The notes under the pieces were generated by a model. The model searched no databases and was not told the DNA's origin. It worked only from the letters and a program-made list of their open reading frames with translations. The position numbers were made by a program, and so were the translations under genes. A stretch of 63,829 bases of DNA, filler included, from Octopus bimaculoides (Eukaryota), in the NCBI RefSeq assembly GCF_001194135.2. It is 5 parts of 4 records of this genome, joined end to end, with 100 filler letters (N's around TTAATTAATTAA, not from the genome) between each part and the next. Parts side by side here need not be neighbours in the genome. Positions count along the whole stretch, not along the records: positions 48,629 to 58,688 come from NC_068991.1; positions 58,789 to 62,083 come from NC_069000.1; positions 62,184 to 63,829 come from NW_026368862.1; 2 more parts are not named here. The stretch is one strand, 5' to 3'. This document shows positions 51,483 through 63,829 of this stretch, piece after piece (within the stretch, counting starts at the first letter, position 1; each line of letters starts with the position of its first letter).

Positions 51483-52473
51483 GGGAAAGAGAAGAAGAGC
51501 AGTCTTATTGATGAGCTTAATACCGATGCTCGGTTACAGATTACTCTCTAACATAATTCATTTTCTGGTTGTCTGGACTTTGCCACTTAGGGTAGAATTT
51601 TGCTTAGAGGATGGCATTCTATTGACTCAGATTTCATTCACAAGGTATTGGTCGACTCAAGGCTGTGGAAAAATGACATCCAAGATACCAAGTAGCGGGA
51701 TTGATCTTGGATTTCGTGGTTTCAAAATGAGCTTCTTAACCGTTCGGTCATACCGCACTTACTGCTGTGTGTGTGTAAATAACGGAAGGAACTAATCATA
51801 ATGTTTATAGATAGTGAAACGCCTTTCACATATTCTATTATCGATTTAATACTCAATATTGTGTTCGTAGAAACAGTTGTTCTTTTGACGTGAAAAAGCG
51901 AAACGTCAATACTTATTTCCATTTTGACAATGTGTCATTCACAAATTGAATGGCGTGAATGTGTCGGCAATATTAAAAACCAATTAAATTTGAAATTCTA
52001 TGTAGTATTTATCTATTTTTAATGCCGTAGTGCGAGAGCGGAAACTCACTGTGTAAATATATCATCTCTTGTCAGTGTTTGAAACAGAAGAGAATACAAT
52101 AAAGACTGGTGAAAGAGAAATTCGTTTCGTTACAGAATATTCTAGCACAACTTTTATATTGTCTTCCTTTAAGTACTTAACTATTGATGAAGTCGTGGGG
52201 GCACCGAAACCACACTCGCTGCGCCTTGGGCAGTTTTAAACCTGGTGGAGTTAATTCCTTTCCAGATTTAAACGTAACCAGTTTATAATATCTGTGTGTG
52301 TGTGTATGTGTGCGTGTAGTCACTGGTCTTACATAATAACCTCTAAGATGAGAGATCCTTTATAAAATTGTGAATACCTTATATCCGATTCATTTCTATT
52401 CTTTTTATTTCAGTACTTTTGAAAGTAGCCTACAGGCTATTCTTTACGAAAGCATATCATTAGAATTTTTAGA

Positions 52474-52505
<32 letters not shown>

Positions 52506-53955
52506 NNNNNNNNNNNNNNNNNNNNNNNNNNNNNNNNNNNNNNNNNNNNNNNNNNNNNNNNNNNNNNNNNNNNNNNNNNNNNNNNNNNNNNNNNNNNNNN
52601 NNNNNNNNNNNNNNNNNNNNNNNNNNNNNNNNNNNNNNNNNNNNNNNNNNNNNNNNNNNNNNNNNNNNNNNNNNNNNNNNNNNNNNNNNNNNNNNNNNNN
52701 NNNNNNNNNNNNNNNNNNNNNNNNNNNNNNNNNNNNNNNNNNNNNNNNNNNNNNNNNNNNNNNNNNNNNNNNNNNNNNNNNNNNNNNNNNNNNNNNNNNN
52801 NNNNNNNNNNNNNNNNNNNNNNNNNNNNNNNNNNNNNNNNNNNNNNNNNNNNNNNNNNNNNNNNNNNNNNNNNNNNNNNNNNNNNNNNNNNNNNNNNNNN
52901 NNNNNNNNNNNNNNNNNNNNNNNNNNNNNNNNNNNNNNNNNNNNNNNNNNNNNNNNNNNNNNNNNNNNNNNNNNNNNNNNNNNNNNNNNNNNNNNNNNNN
53001 NNNNNNTAAGAGGCAACATGACCAAAGTTCCGCCATTTTAAATGCCAAACATTTTGTTGCTTTTAAAAATAAGATGCGTTTGGAAAGGCTAATAGCTAAT
53101 GTTTCTTTTAGGTTTCTTAAATATATGAACATTACAGCAGTTATCTGACTAACCAGTGTAATCATTGGACTTTAACAGTCTTTTCAAAGCTCTAATTCGG
53201 TGTCTAAACTGACAGTAACTATCCAAAGTGGCAACTGCTGTTTTCAAACAACAGTTAAAACCAATACACCGTTGTCGTTCCATATTAACCAACTCATTTT
53301 CATTACGATATTCAAATATTTTAACTGTATACTGCTTGTACACCAAATTTCATATCCTAATTTTCTTAATCGTCTGAAGATGGAGCGTGGAGAAACTCGG
53401 AATAAATTTCTTCAAATTTTTTCTTCCAAATGCTATTAGAATATATTTGTACCTGTCCTTATGAAACGTTGTTCATCATTAGAATAATATTATCATTTAT
53501 TTGCATCAACGTGTCGTCTGCTATTAGTATTCACTGCCCATAACGAATAAACATACTATGAAGGTTACTCTGCGTTTTACTGTATCAAACACTGTTTCCA
53601 AGTCGATTCCTTTCTCGTGTTTGTATTTCAATTGACTCACAAGGCAGAAAAAGCAAGTAAGACTGAGAGATCTATGTGAAAGCACAAAAGCTAGGACAAC
53701 CTCCAAAACATCTATGTTATTTCGTCTTACATACTCAATGGATATATGTATCGTCTGTTTGCGTAAGCGTGTGTGTGTGTGTGTATACTTAAGTACACAC
53801 ATATATATATATATATGAACTTGATATAAACCTGAATGATAATTTTCTGTATGTAAATCTCAGTGTACATATCTACATTTAAGCTTATCTATTTTAAATG
53901 TCATTTTCCATAAGCATATATGCATGTTTATTTATTTATACACATACATACGTAC

Positions 53956-53988
<33 letters not shown>

Positions 53989-54391
53989 TGTCTGTAACTG
54001 TATTTATTTTTCTGCATCTTGTGTCGGCCATATTCGAACCATTAACGCTTTCCTTTTTCTCTTTTCTTCTTTCTCTCTATCCATTGCTTACAGCAGCATG
54101 TACACTCTAGGAACGACGATATATTTCTATTGATGGAGACCACAGATGATGAGATGTAGTAAGACTGTTGACCAAAACTTCTGTTCTGCTGCCATCAATT
54201 TCTTCGCCACAATCATCATCATACAAAACCTCACAACAATAGCAACGAGCTCCAATCGATTACTCCTTTGTTCACAGTTATCTCCCCCTTTCCATCCCCG
54301 CCCGTCCTCCCCAAAAATAAATAAATAAATATGAACTTTAACACATGACCATCGACCCAACCGACCAACCAACCAACCAACCAACTCGCCA

Positions 54392-54586
54392 TCATTTATG
54401 AAACATTGCACTGATGAAAAGGATGCTTTTCTTATTATTAGTATTCTTTTTCTTATTATTTTTCTTATCATTATTATTATTATTGTTAATGCTATTTGTT
54501 GCTGTTGATTTCATATTCTCCTCCTCCTCATCTGGTGCTGATGCTGGTGTTGGTAAGACACCAGATGATATCTCTACGGGACGGCG
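54392..54586 (-). CDS. Candidate terminal exon of an unidentified gene (RRPVEISSGVLPTPASAPDEEEENMK...MFHK*)
   Basis: Pyrimidine tract plus accag acceptor, 64 open codons, followed by UTR-like sequence; no recognised homology. Confidence 0.35.
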   Translation of the reverse strand, partial: RRPVEISSGVLPTPASAPDEEEENMKSTATNSINNNNNNDKKNNKKKNTNNKKSILFISAMFHK

Positions 54587-54730
54587 CTGGTGGTTAGGAA
54601 ATTGAAAGAAAAATATAATAAAAAGAAAGAGGATAGAAAATAAGATGTAAAACAAATATACAAGCGATAAAAGAAAAGTATACAAATATAGGTACACACA
54701 CACACACACACACACACATANNNNNNNNNN

Positions 54731-54768
<38 letters not shown>

Positions 54769-56034
54769 GAGTGTATATATATATACACATACATATATAT
54801 ACATACATACATATATATGTACATGTATTCATATATGTATATATGTGTGTGTGGACGTATATATCCACATATACGTACATATATTTATGTATGTATATAC
54901 AACAATATATAGATATGTATAGTATATGAATAAATATGTGTGTGCGTGTGTGTGTGTATCTGTGTGTGTGCGTGCGTGTGTACATATATGCATACATACA
55001 ATCGAAACAACGTATTGCATAATTGTTCCCCCATTTGCAATGTAAAATGTTTATATGTATGTATGTATATATATANNNNNNNNNNNNNNNNNNNNNNNNN
55101 NNNNNNNNNNNNNNNNNNNNNNNNNNNNNNNNNNNNNNNNNNNNNNNNNNNNNNNNNNNNNNNNNNNNNNNNNNNNNNNNNNNNNNNNNNNNNNNNNNNN
55201 NNNNNNNNNNNNNNNNNNNNNNNNNNNNNNNNNNNNNNNNNNNNNNNNNNNNNNNNNNNNNNNNNNNNNNNNNNNNNNNNNNNNNNNNNNNNNNNNNNNN
55301 NNNNNNNNNNNNNNNNNNNNNNNNNNNNNNNNNNNNNNNNNNNNNNNNNNNNNNNNNNNNNNNNNNNNNNNNNNNNNNNNNNNNNNNNNNNNNNNNNNNN
55401 NNNNNNNNNNNNNNNNNNNNNNNNNNNNNNNNNNNNNNNNNNNNNNNNNNNNNNNNNNNNNNNNNNNNNNNNNNNNNNNNNNNNNNNNNNNNNNNNNNNN
55501 NNNNNNNNNNNNNNNNNNNNNNNNNNNNNNNNNNNNNNNNNNNNNNNNNNNNNNNNNNNNNNNNNNNNNNNNNNNNNNNNNNNNNNNNNNNNNNNNNNNN
55601 NNNNNNNNNNNNNNNNNNNNNNNNNNNNNNNNNNNNNNNNNNNNNNNNNNNNNNNNNNNNNNNNNNNNNNNNNNNNNNNNNNNNNNNNNNNNNNNNNNNN
55701 NNNNNNNNNNNNNNNNNNNNNNNNNNNNNNNNNNNNNNNNNNNNNNNNNNNNNNNNNNNNNNNNNNNNNNNNNNNNNNNNNNNNNNNNNNNNNNNNNNNN
55801 NNNNNNNTATATATGGATGCATATATATCTGCATACACATATATACACATATATATATAGATAGACACACACATAGATACAGAGATAGAAACAGAGATAT
55901 ATAGTTATATGAAGTACTCAATATAATTGTAGAGCGAAAATATATTACTGCTAGTTCTGAGAATACGTTTTGTTGTTATGCAGTGTTGTGCGAATGTCAA
56001 TATACTCGTAACTCTGAGTTACAAAATAAAATGT

Positions 56035-56081
56035 AGATAGAGATAGATAGATAGCTATATAGATCGATAGATAGACTGAGG

Positions 56082-56145
<64 letters not shown>

Positions 56146-56740
56146 CATACACACATTTATTGATGGAACGATTGATTGACTAATTGGGTGATTGATTGAT
56201 TGACTGATGGACTGACTGATGGATTGACTGATTGTCTAATTGATTGATTTACTGATTAATTGACTGATTCATTGATTGACTGACTGATTAATTGACTGAT
56301 TGGCTGATTTAGCGATTGACTGATTGATTGACTGACTGATTGATTGGCTACTTGACTGATGAACTAATTGACTAATTGGTGGACTGACTGATTGACTTAT
56401 TGATTGAATGATTAATTGATTGATTGACTGATTGATTGACTGACCGAGTGATTGATTGACTGACCGAGTGATTGATTGACTGATTGATTAACTGACTGAT
56501 TGATTGACTGATGGCCTGACTGGTTGACTGATTGATGGATTGACTGATTGATTGATTGATTAATTGACTGATTGATTGATTGATTGATTGACTAATTGAT
56601 CGACTGGTTGACTGATTGATTGATTGATTGACTGACTGATTTACTGACTGATTGATTGACTGATTGATTGATTCACTAACTGATTGATTGATTGATTGAA
56701 TGACTGATTGATTGACCGATTGTTTGATTAATTGATTGAT
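56035..56740. repeat. (GATA)n followed by a long degenerate (GATT/GACT)n tetranucleotide array
   Basis: Direct reading. Confidence 0.95.
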
Positions 56741-57411
56741 GTTTGTTTGTGCGTGTTAGTTCGCATATGTATGCGTGTACGATTATTTCATAGATATGAA
56801 TACTTACAAATACAACAAAAGTATTTCTTAATGTAAAATTTTATGTAAGTGCTCAGTAAAAAGGAATAAATATTGCTTCTGAACGACAATAGTAAAATAT
56901 AACAAATCTCTGACCTCAGTAATAAGATGTGCTGTACGTCTGTGTAAGCATGTGTGCGAGTATACCTGACTGAGATTATTTTTGTAGGAATGTACATACA
57001 TATATATATATATATATATATCCGTGTGTGTGTGTATGTGCATGTGTATATGTGTGTGTGTGTGGTATGATGTGGTATGTCTATGAGTATGTAATTACAT
57101 ATACTTATACATATATAACTATATATTTGTATGTATATACATGTGTGTGTATGCATATTATATATATATATATANNNNNNNNNNNNNNNNNNNNNNNNNN
57201 NNNNNNNNNNNNNNNNNNNNNNNNNNNNNNNNNNNNNNNNNNNNNNNNNNNNNNNNNNNNNNNNNNNNNNNNNNNNNNNNNNNNNNNNNNNNNNNNNNNN
57301 NNNNNNNNNNNNNNNNNNNNNNNNNNNNNNNNNNNNNNNNNNNNNNNNNNNNNNNNNNNNNNNNNNNNNNNNNNNNNNNNNNNNNNNNNNNNNNNNNNNN
57401 NNNNNNNNNNN

Positions 57412-57499
<88 letters not shown>

Positions 57500-57945
57500 T
57501 AGCTGAAATCATCCAACAATGCCAACAATATTAGATTATGTTTGAAATACTCTGAAAAGATTTCTTTCTTTTCTCCGAATCATAATTGAAATGATCTCAA
57601 AAATTTTCTGCAAAACCGTTGCCATTATCGATCTCTGCGATTTTTTTTTTTTTTTTCATATTTATGAATATATTTATTTAGATTTTATTTATATTTTCCG
57701 TTAAGTTTGATTCGTTAATATTTTTATGGTTGTTATTTTATTTTTTTACATTCAGCTCAATTTTTTTTTCTTCTTATTTTATCTTATGTCTTCTGCTAAA
57801 TTTCCTAAAAAAAAACCTATTTCATTTCATCTTCTTCTTCTTCTTCTTCTTCTTCTTCTTCTTCTTCTTCTTCTTCTTCTTCTTCTTCTTCTTCTTCTTC
57901 TTCTTCTTCTTCTTCTTCTTCTTCTTCTTCTTCTTCTTCTTCTTC
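57412..57945. repeat. (TAA)n at 57412-57495 and (TTC)n at about 57830-57945
   Basis: Direct reading; these produce the poly-I/N/Y/L/F pseudo-ORFs in the track. Confidence 0.95.
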
Positions 57946-58279
57946 TCCTTTATTTTTTCCATGTCTTTTCGTGATTTACAGTTATTCTTGTTATCAATAC
58001 CATCAGCGATGGATTGGCAAAAATCGTTTGAGCATCAGACGAAAATGTCTTGCATTATTTTCAGTTACGCTCCTTTTTAGGGGTTCTCGGTTCAAATGGC
58101 ACTGAGGTTAACTTTAACTTTCATCCTTGCAGGGTCGATAAAATTGTTCCCTTCAAACACTGGAAATCGATATAATCGACAATGCCCTCCCCCATCCCCC
58201 AACAGCTAAGTTCTTGTGCCAATGTTTGCAATTATTATTATTATTATTATTATCGTTGCTACCAGAAATGATAATGATG

Positions 58280-58343
<64 letters not shown>

Positions 58344-58884
58344 CAACAACAAATAACAGCAATATACTAGAATCGGTTGTTGTTCTCAATTTTTTTATTG
58401 ATTTTTATACTGCATTTGGTGAACAATAGCGTCGTTGGCTTTTAGAGGTTTGTAACGGGCCATTCAATGGCTCACTTCATTTCTGACGCCCAGAGTGACT
58501 TGATGCTGTCTGTTCAAATCGGACGGAACAAATACCACACAGGATCATTTTTTTTTTTTTTTTTATTCGAAAGCAACATGTTTTCCATCTTCTTGTAAAC
58601 GTTTGTATCTTTCCCCTATACACATCCTTGAAAGATGTACACATGCATACCATACATACAAACATCCATACATACATATATATATATANNNNNNNNNNNN
58701 NNNNNNNNNNNNNNNNNNNNNNNNNNNNNNNNTTAATTAATTAANNNNNNNNNNNNNNNNNNNNNNNNNNNNNNNNNNNNNNNNNNNNGAAGACCTTGCA
58801 TTTGTCTCTAAGATATTTTTTTCGCCATTGCAGAACAAAATAATATTCCTGCTGCAGACACACACACGTATATGTACACGCACG

Positions 58885-58930
<46 letters not shown>

Positions 58931-59049
58931 AATACATATATGCACACATAAGCATACACTTATGCGTGATGTACATATACAAACAACCTTTGCATGCAAG
59001 AACAAAATTCCACAGAAATTAATATGACGAGCATGAAACGAGAAAACGA

Positions 59050-59104
<55 letters not shown>

Positions 59105-59167
59105 GATTATATATGCGAATATAGCTATAAATNNNNNNNNNNTATACACATGTTACTCGTATATATG

Positions 59168-59202
<35 letters not shown>

Positions 59203-59447
59203 TTATAGGCATTCATCTATCTGTCTATCTATCTACACACACATACACACACAAACACACACTCATATGTATAAACATACATACATATATACATGAAAGA
59301 TGAAAATTTGTGTGACATATCAGGTGTTGCGGCAAAAAGCAACCCACTGTTGCTATAGGAACGGCAGAAGATTTAAGAAATATAAGTAAAAAATAAAAAA
59401 AATTAAATGAAAACGTGATTAAAAAAGACAGCAAAACAGATATTCGG

Positions 59448-59495
<48 letters not shown>

Positions 59496-59775
59496 GTAAT
59501 AATAATAATAATAATAATAATCAATAGTAATAAAACTGTAAAATGAAAATAATAAAAAATGGAGATAAATATGCAGACAAAATGTGAAGGAAAGAATAAA
59601 ACCATTGATCATAGACAGAAAAATGTTCTTTAGAATGGAAACTATATTTTCGTATGAAGAATTTTCAAAGAAAAATATCAGAGAATAAATAGTACATTTG
59701 TCTAAATTTATCAATCAAGTTGTGTGCATAAGATAGTGTTTTTGAAAATGTTTGAAAGTAGGTGTTTATATGGAT

Positions 59776-59808
<33 letters not shown>

Positions 59809-59868
59809 CACGTTAACATGTACACACACATAACTGTATGTATGAGTGTATATCTATAAACTCATAAG

Positions 59869-59915
<47 letters not shown>

Positions 59916-60084
59916 ATATATGTGTTTAGATTTTTGTCTGATGATCAGTTATACGAAATTCCGGAGTAAGAGATTGTGAAGTAGACAGCTTGAATAAAGC
60001 ACATCGAATACGCATAGATGCATGTATGTATGTATGTATGTATGTATGTATGTATGTATGTATGTATGTATGTATTTATGTATG

Positions 60085-60135
<51 letters not shown>

Positions 60136-63100
60136 GTATCTATTTATCTATCTATCTATCTTCTTTCTTATTTGTGTGTCTTTCCTTACTAACGATCAAG
60201 GAAAGACACACAAATAAGAAAGAAGAAAGCAAAAGACCACTGATGAGGTCACAGAAGTGTGACGAAAGAACTCTGGCCGCAATACGATTAATATAAAAAA
60301 AAATAATAAAGCTGAAGCAAATTAACACCAAATATACAGTGCGTGTATTTTTATTGGCCAAACTGGCAACATGACCATCTCCAAATACAACAATATCTGT
60401 TTCAACACACGATTTCACATCAAGAATCTTGATATATATATAGTTTCTCCGTGAGTTCATCAGTAAATGTTTGCTGTTAATCTGAAAATTGCGTTAAAAT
60501 AACAACCTTAAATATGATTATGTGCGTGAAGTTATATCTAGATGCACAGATGTATATGCTTATGTATATGCACATGTATATATGCTTATATATATATTAT
60601 ATATATACATTATGTATATATGTGTATATATATGCATGTCTGTGCGTGTGTGTCTCTGTGTGTGCATGTATATGTGGCCATCCATCTTAGCAATTATCGA
60701 TAGAAGCATACACACACACACACACATGTGTGTGTGAACAAACATACATAGATGCACATACTCACACATACATACACGCACACATATATGTATATATATA
60801 CACAGAGAGACAAACCTAAGTCGTCCATTGCTGTTTCGCTGATTGAACAATAATTCTATTATTTTATTGGCCAAAACAGAAAATATTTTCTTATTGAACT
60901 TTTATCAATCAGTATCGATAGNNNNNNNNNNNNNNNNNNNNNNNNNNNNNNNNNNNNNNNNNNNNNNNNNNNNNNNNNNNNNNNNNNNNNNNNNNNNNNN
61001 NNNNNNNNNNNNNNNNNNNNNNNNNNNNNNNNNNNNNNNNNNNNNNNNNNNNNNNNNNNNNNNNNNNNNNNNNNNNNNNNNNNNNNNNNNNNNNNNNNNN
61101 NNNNNNNNNNNNNNNNNNNNNNNNNNNNNNNNNNNNNNNNNNNNNNNNNNNNNNNNNNNNNNNNNNNNNNNNNNNNNNNNNNNNNNNNNNNNNNNNNNNN
61201 NNNNNNNNNNNNNNNNNNNNNNNNNNNNNNNNNNNNNNNNNNNNNNNNNNNNNNNNNNNNNNNNNNNNNNNNNNNNNNNNNNNNNNNNNNNNNNNNNNNN
61301 NNNNNNNNNNNNNNNNNNNNNNNNNNNNNNNNNNNNNNNNNNNNNNNNNNNNNNNNNNNNNNNNNNNNNNNNNNNNNNNNNNNNNNNNNNNNNNNNNNNN
61401 NNNNNNNNNNNNNNNNNNNNNNNNNNNNNNNNNNNNNNNNNNNNNNNNNNNNNNNNNNNNNNNNNNNNNNNNNNNNNNNNNNNNNNNNNNNNNNNNNNNN
61501 NNNNNNNNNNNNNNNNNNNNNNNNNNNNNNNNNNNNNNNNNNNNNNNNNNNNNNNNNNNNNNNNNNNNNNNNNNNNNNNGAAGAGGTGGCTTTTGGTTTT
61601 TCTCTTTCTGTTTAGTGTTTATTAGTGTTTCTCGGCCAGTGAATCACATACATATATACAAGCATAAACACGCCCGCACTCACACACACACACATACACA
61701 CACACACACATACACACACACACACACACATATATATACACTACTCTATTTTTCTCTGCTCAAGCTCTATATAAGAATGCATGTATTTATGTATGTGTAT
61801 ATATACACGCACGTGCACACACAGACACAACACATATATACTCACAGATACATATATAGGTTGAAAAGGCTTGCAGCAAAATATTAACCAATTACTAAAT
61901 TATATATTGTACTTCATGTATTTAATTATCATTTTTGTAATGAGTTCGACAATCAAATTATTGTTACATTTAATATTTAATTTCTAAAAGTTTTCGCTTC
62001 GCTACGAACTGCTTACCAAACATACATACGCCAAGGAAGGTCGCTGTACTAAACATTCATATATATATATATATATATATATANNNNNNNNNNNNNNNNN
62101 NNNNNNNNNNNNNNNNNNNNNNNNNNNTTAATTAATTAANNNNNNNNNNNNNNNNNNNNNNNNNNNNNNNNNNNNNNNNNNNNGACTCAGTTTCTTTTAA
62201 AAAACCCAGCACAATGTTAAATTGATTATGATTTATCAAAAACATTTTTTATAAAAACAACTTCAAGAGCATCATAAAGGATATGTAATCTAGATAAAGG
62301 ATATTTCAAATTGCAATATTACAAAATACATGAATTTAAGATATCCTCAAATAGTAATCATATGAATTCAAACTTAATTACACATTAAAAACTAGCAAAA
62401 TAATATATATGTGAGTATTTATAGAGGGATCTAAACTTATTAGTCAATGCTATTGAATCTATGACAATATTGTAAGAATTAAGATTTAAAAAAAAAAATT
62501 CTTATAATCATATAGAGACCAATAATGGATATTTAATCAAGATACATAAAAGATTAAATACTATATGGTATTGATATTCTAAAAATAAAATTCATCATAT
62601 TTGGTAATAAATCCGATCTGGAACGTTGAGCTTCATAAGAGTGAAGAAAAACACATACATAAAAGAAAAGAAAAGAAGAGAAGAGACTCGACAAGAAAAG
62701 GAAAGGCTTAATAGGTTTAAATCATACCATTTTACTGATGTGTCTTATATTTTACTTATATATATATTACATAATACATAATCAAATACAATATAGAACA
62801 TAAATACATGAAATGCCACAAAACATTTTAGCCAATGTGCTTACAATTCTGCTAGTTCGCCACTTTTATAATAANNNNNNNNNNNNNNNNNNNNNNNNNN
62901 NNNNNNNTGATGATGATGATGATGATAATAATAATTTGGACTTTAGGAACAAGGCTTGTCATAGGTTAGTCGATTGCATCAACCCCAGAACTCAGCTGGT
63001 ATTTTATCAACTCCAAAAGGATATTTTTTTCTTTTCTTTTACGTGTTTTAGTCATTGGACTGTGATAATACTAACACACCAAAGGGTTTAGTTGATCAGA

Positions 63101-63829
63101 TCTCTCCCAGTACTTATTTTAAAGTCTGGTGATTATTCTGTCAATGTCTTTTTGTTGAACTGCAAGGTTACAGAGATGTAAACATACTAATACCAGCTGT
63201 CAAGTGATAAATGCTAAAAAGAAGCACAAAGATTTACAATGTCATGTGTGTATACAGAGACACACACATATCAAGTTCCTGCACAATTTCCACCTTTCCA
63301 CCAGCCAAATTCACTCTCAAACCAAGATGTATTTATAAAGCACACACACACACACGAATATTATTACATACACACATNNNNNNNNNNGTATTTATAAAGC
63401 ACACACACACACACGAATATTATTACATACACACATCATAGCTTAACTCTATTGTACCACTTCATTTCATTTAGTGGTTTTGTAAAAAAGATTCAGTATT
63501 TATTTATCTAGGAGTCTCCCTTATTTTGAAGTAGGTCCATTTGTTAATTTAGATAGCAAGAATTATCTTTTCATCCTTTTCTATATTTTGTAATTTGAGC
63601 CGTGTGAAAAATTGTTTATCATAGAATGCCAGTTGGAAGGGAGATTATTCCAGGTGACATTTAACAGCAACTAAGGGCAAGGAACTCTTTTAGTCTGTTT
63701 ACTAATAACAACGAACAAGTGTAAAACTAATTTCAAATTTTGGCACAAGGCCAGCAATTTCGGTGGTGTGGGCTAAGTCGATTACATCGACCCTAATACT
63801 CAGCTGGTACCTATTTTATTGATCCTGAA

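Noticed and set aside
57028-60900. Poly-I/N/Y/L/F and HT/CV/YI-rich ORFs
   Set aside because: Translations of (TAA)n, (TTC)n, (CA)n, (TA)n and (GATA)n microsatellites.

Overview
AT-rich, repeat-dense animal genomic DNA from a gapped draft assembly. The SINE/RTE/MITE families and microsatellites look cephalopod (Octopus-like); this is an inference. Two spliced genes could be reconstructed by hand. (1) A minus-strand ANKS6 orthologue (ankyrin repeats + SAM): 16 phase-consistent coding exons from 48320 to 35303 giving 841 codons, with the terminal exon unresolved. (2) A plus-strand, two-exon NOP10 (64 aa, 29146-32540), absent from the ORF track and lying tail-to-tail with ANKS6. The rest is tRNA-derived SINEs, RTE and RLE-type LINE fragments, hAT- and piggyBac-type MITEs, a 238-bp fold-back, tandem repeats and N gaps, including four artificial 44N-TTAATTAATTAA-44N scaffold joins. 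Two weak candidate terminal exons of flanking genes occur at 2558-2610 (+) and 54392-54586 (-). No rRNA, bona fide tRNA or CRISPR array was seen, and I found no convincing new multi-gene system. The most unusual items are a composite tRNA-head/Penelope-like insertion, the long fold-back, the uATG cluster at the ANKS6 start, and a roughly 23-kb gene-body-like interval with no identifiable gene. Repeat boundaries are approximate unless TSDs/TIRs are quoted.
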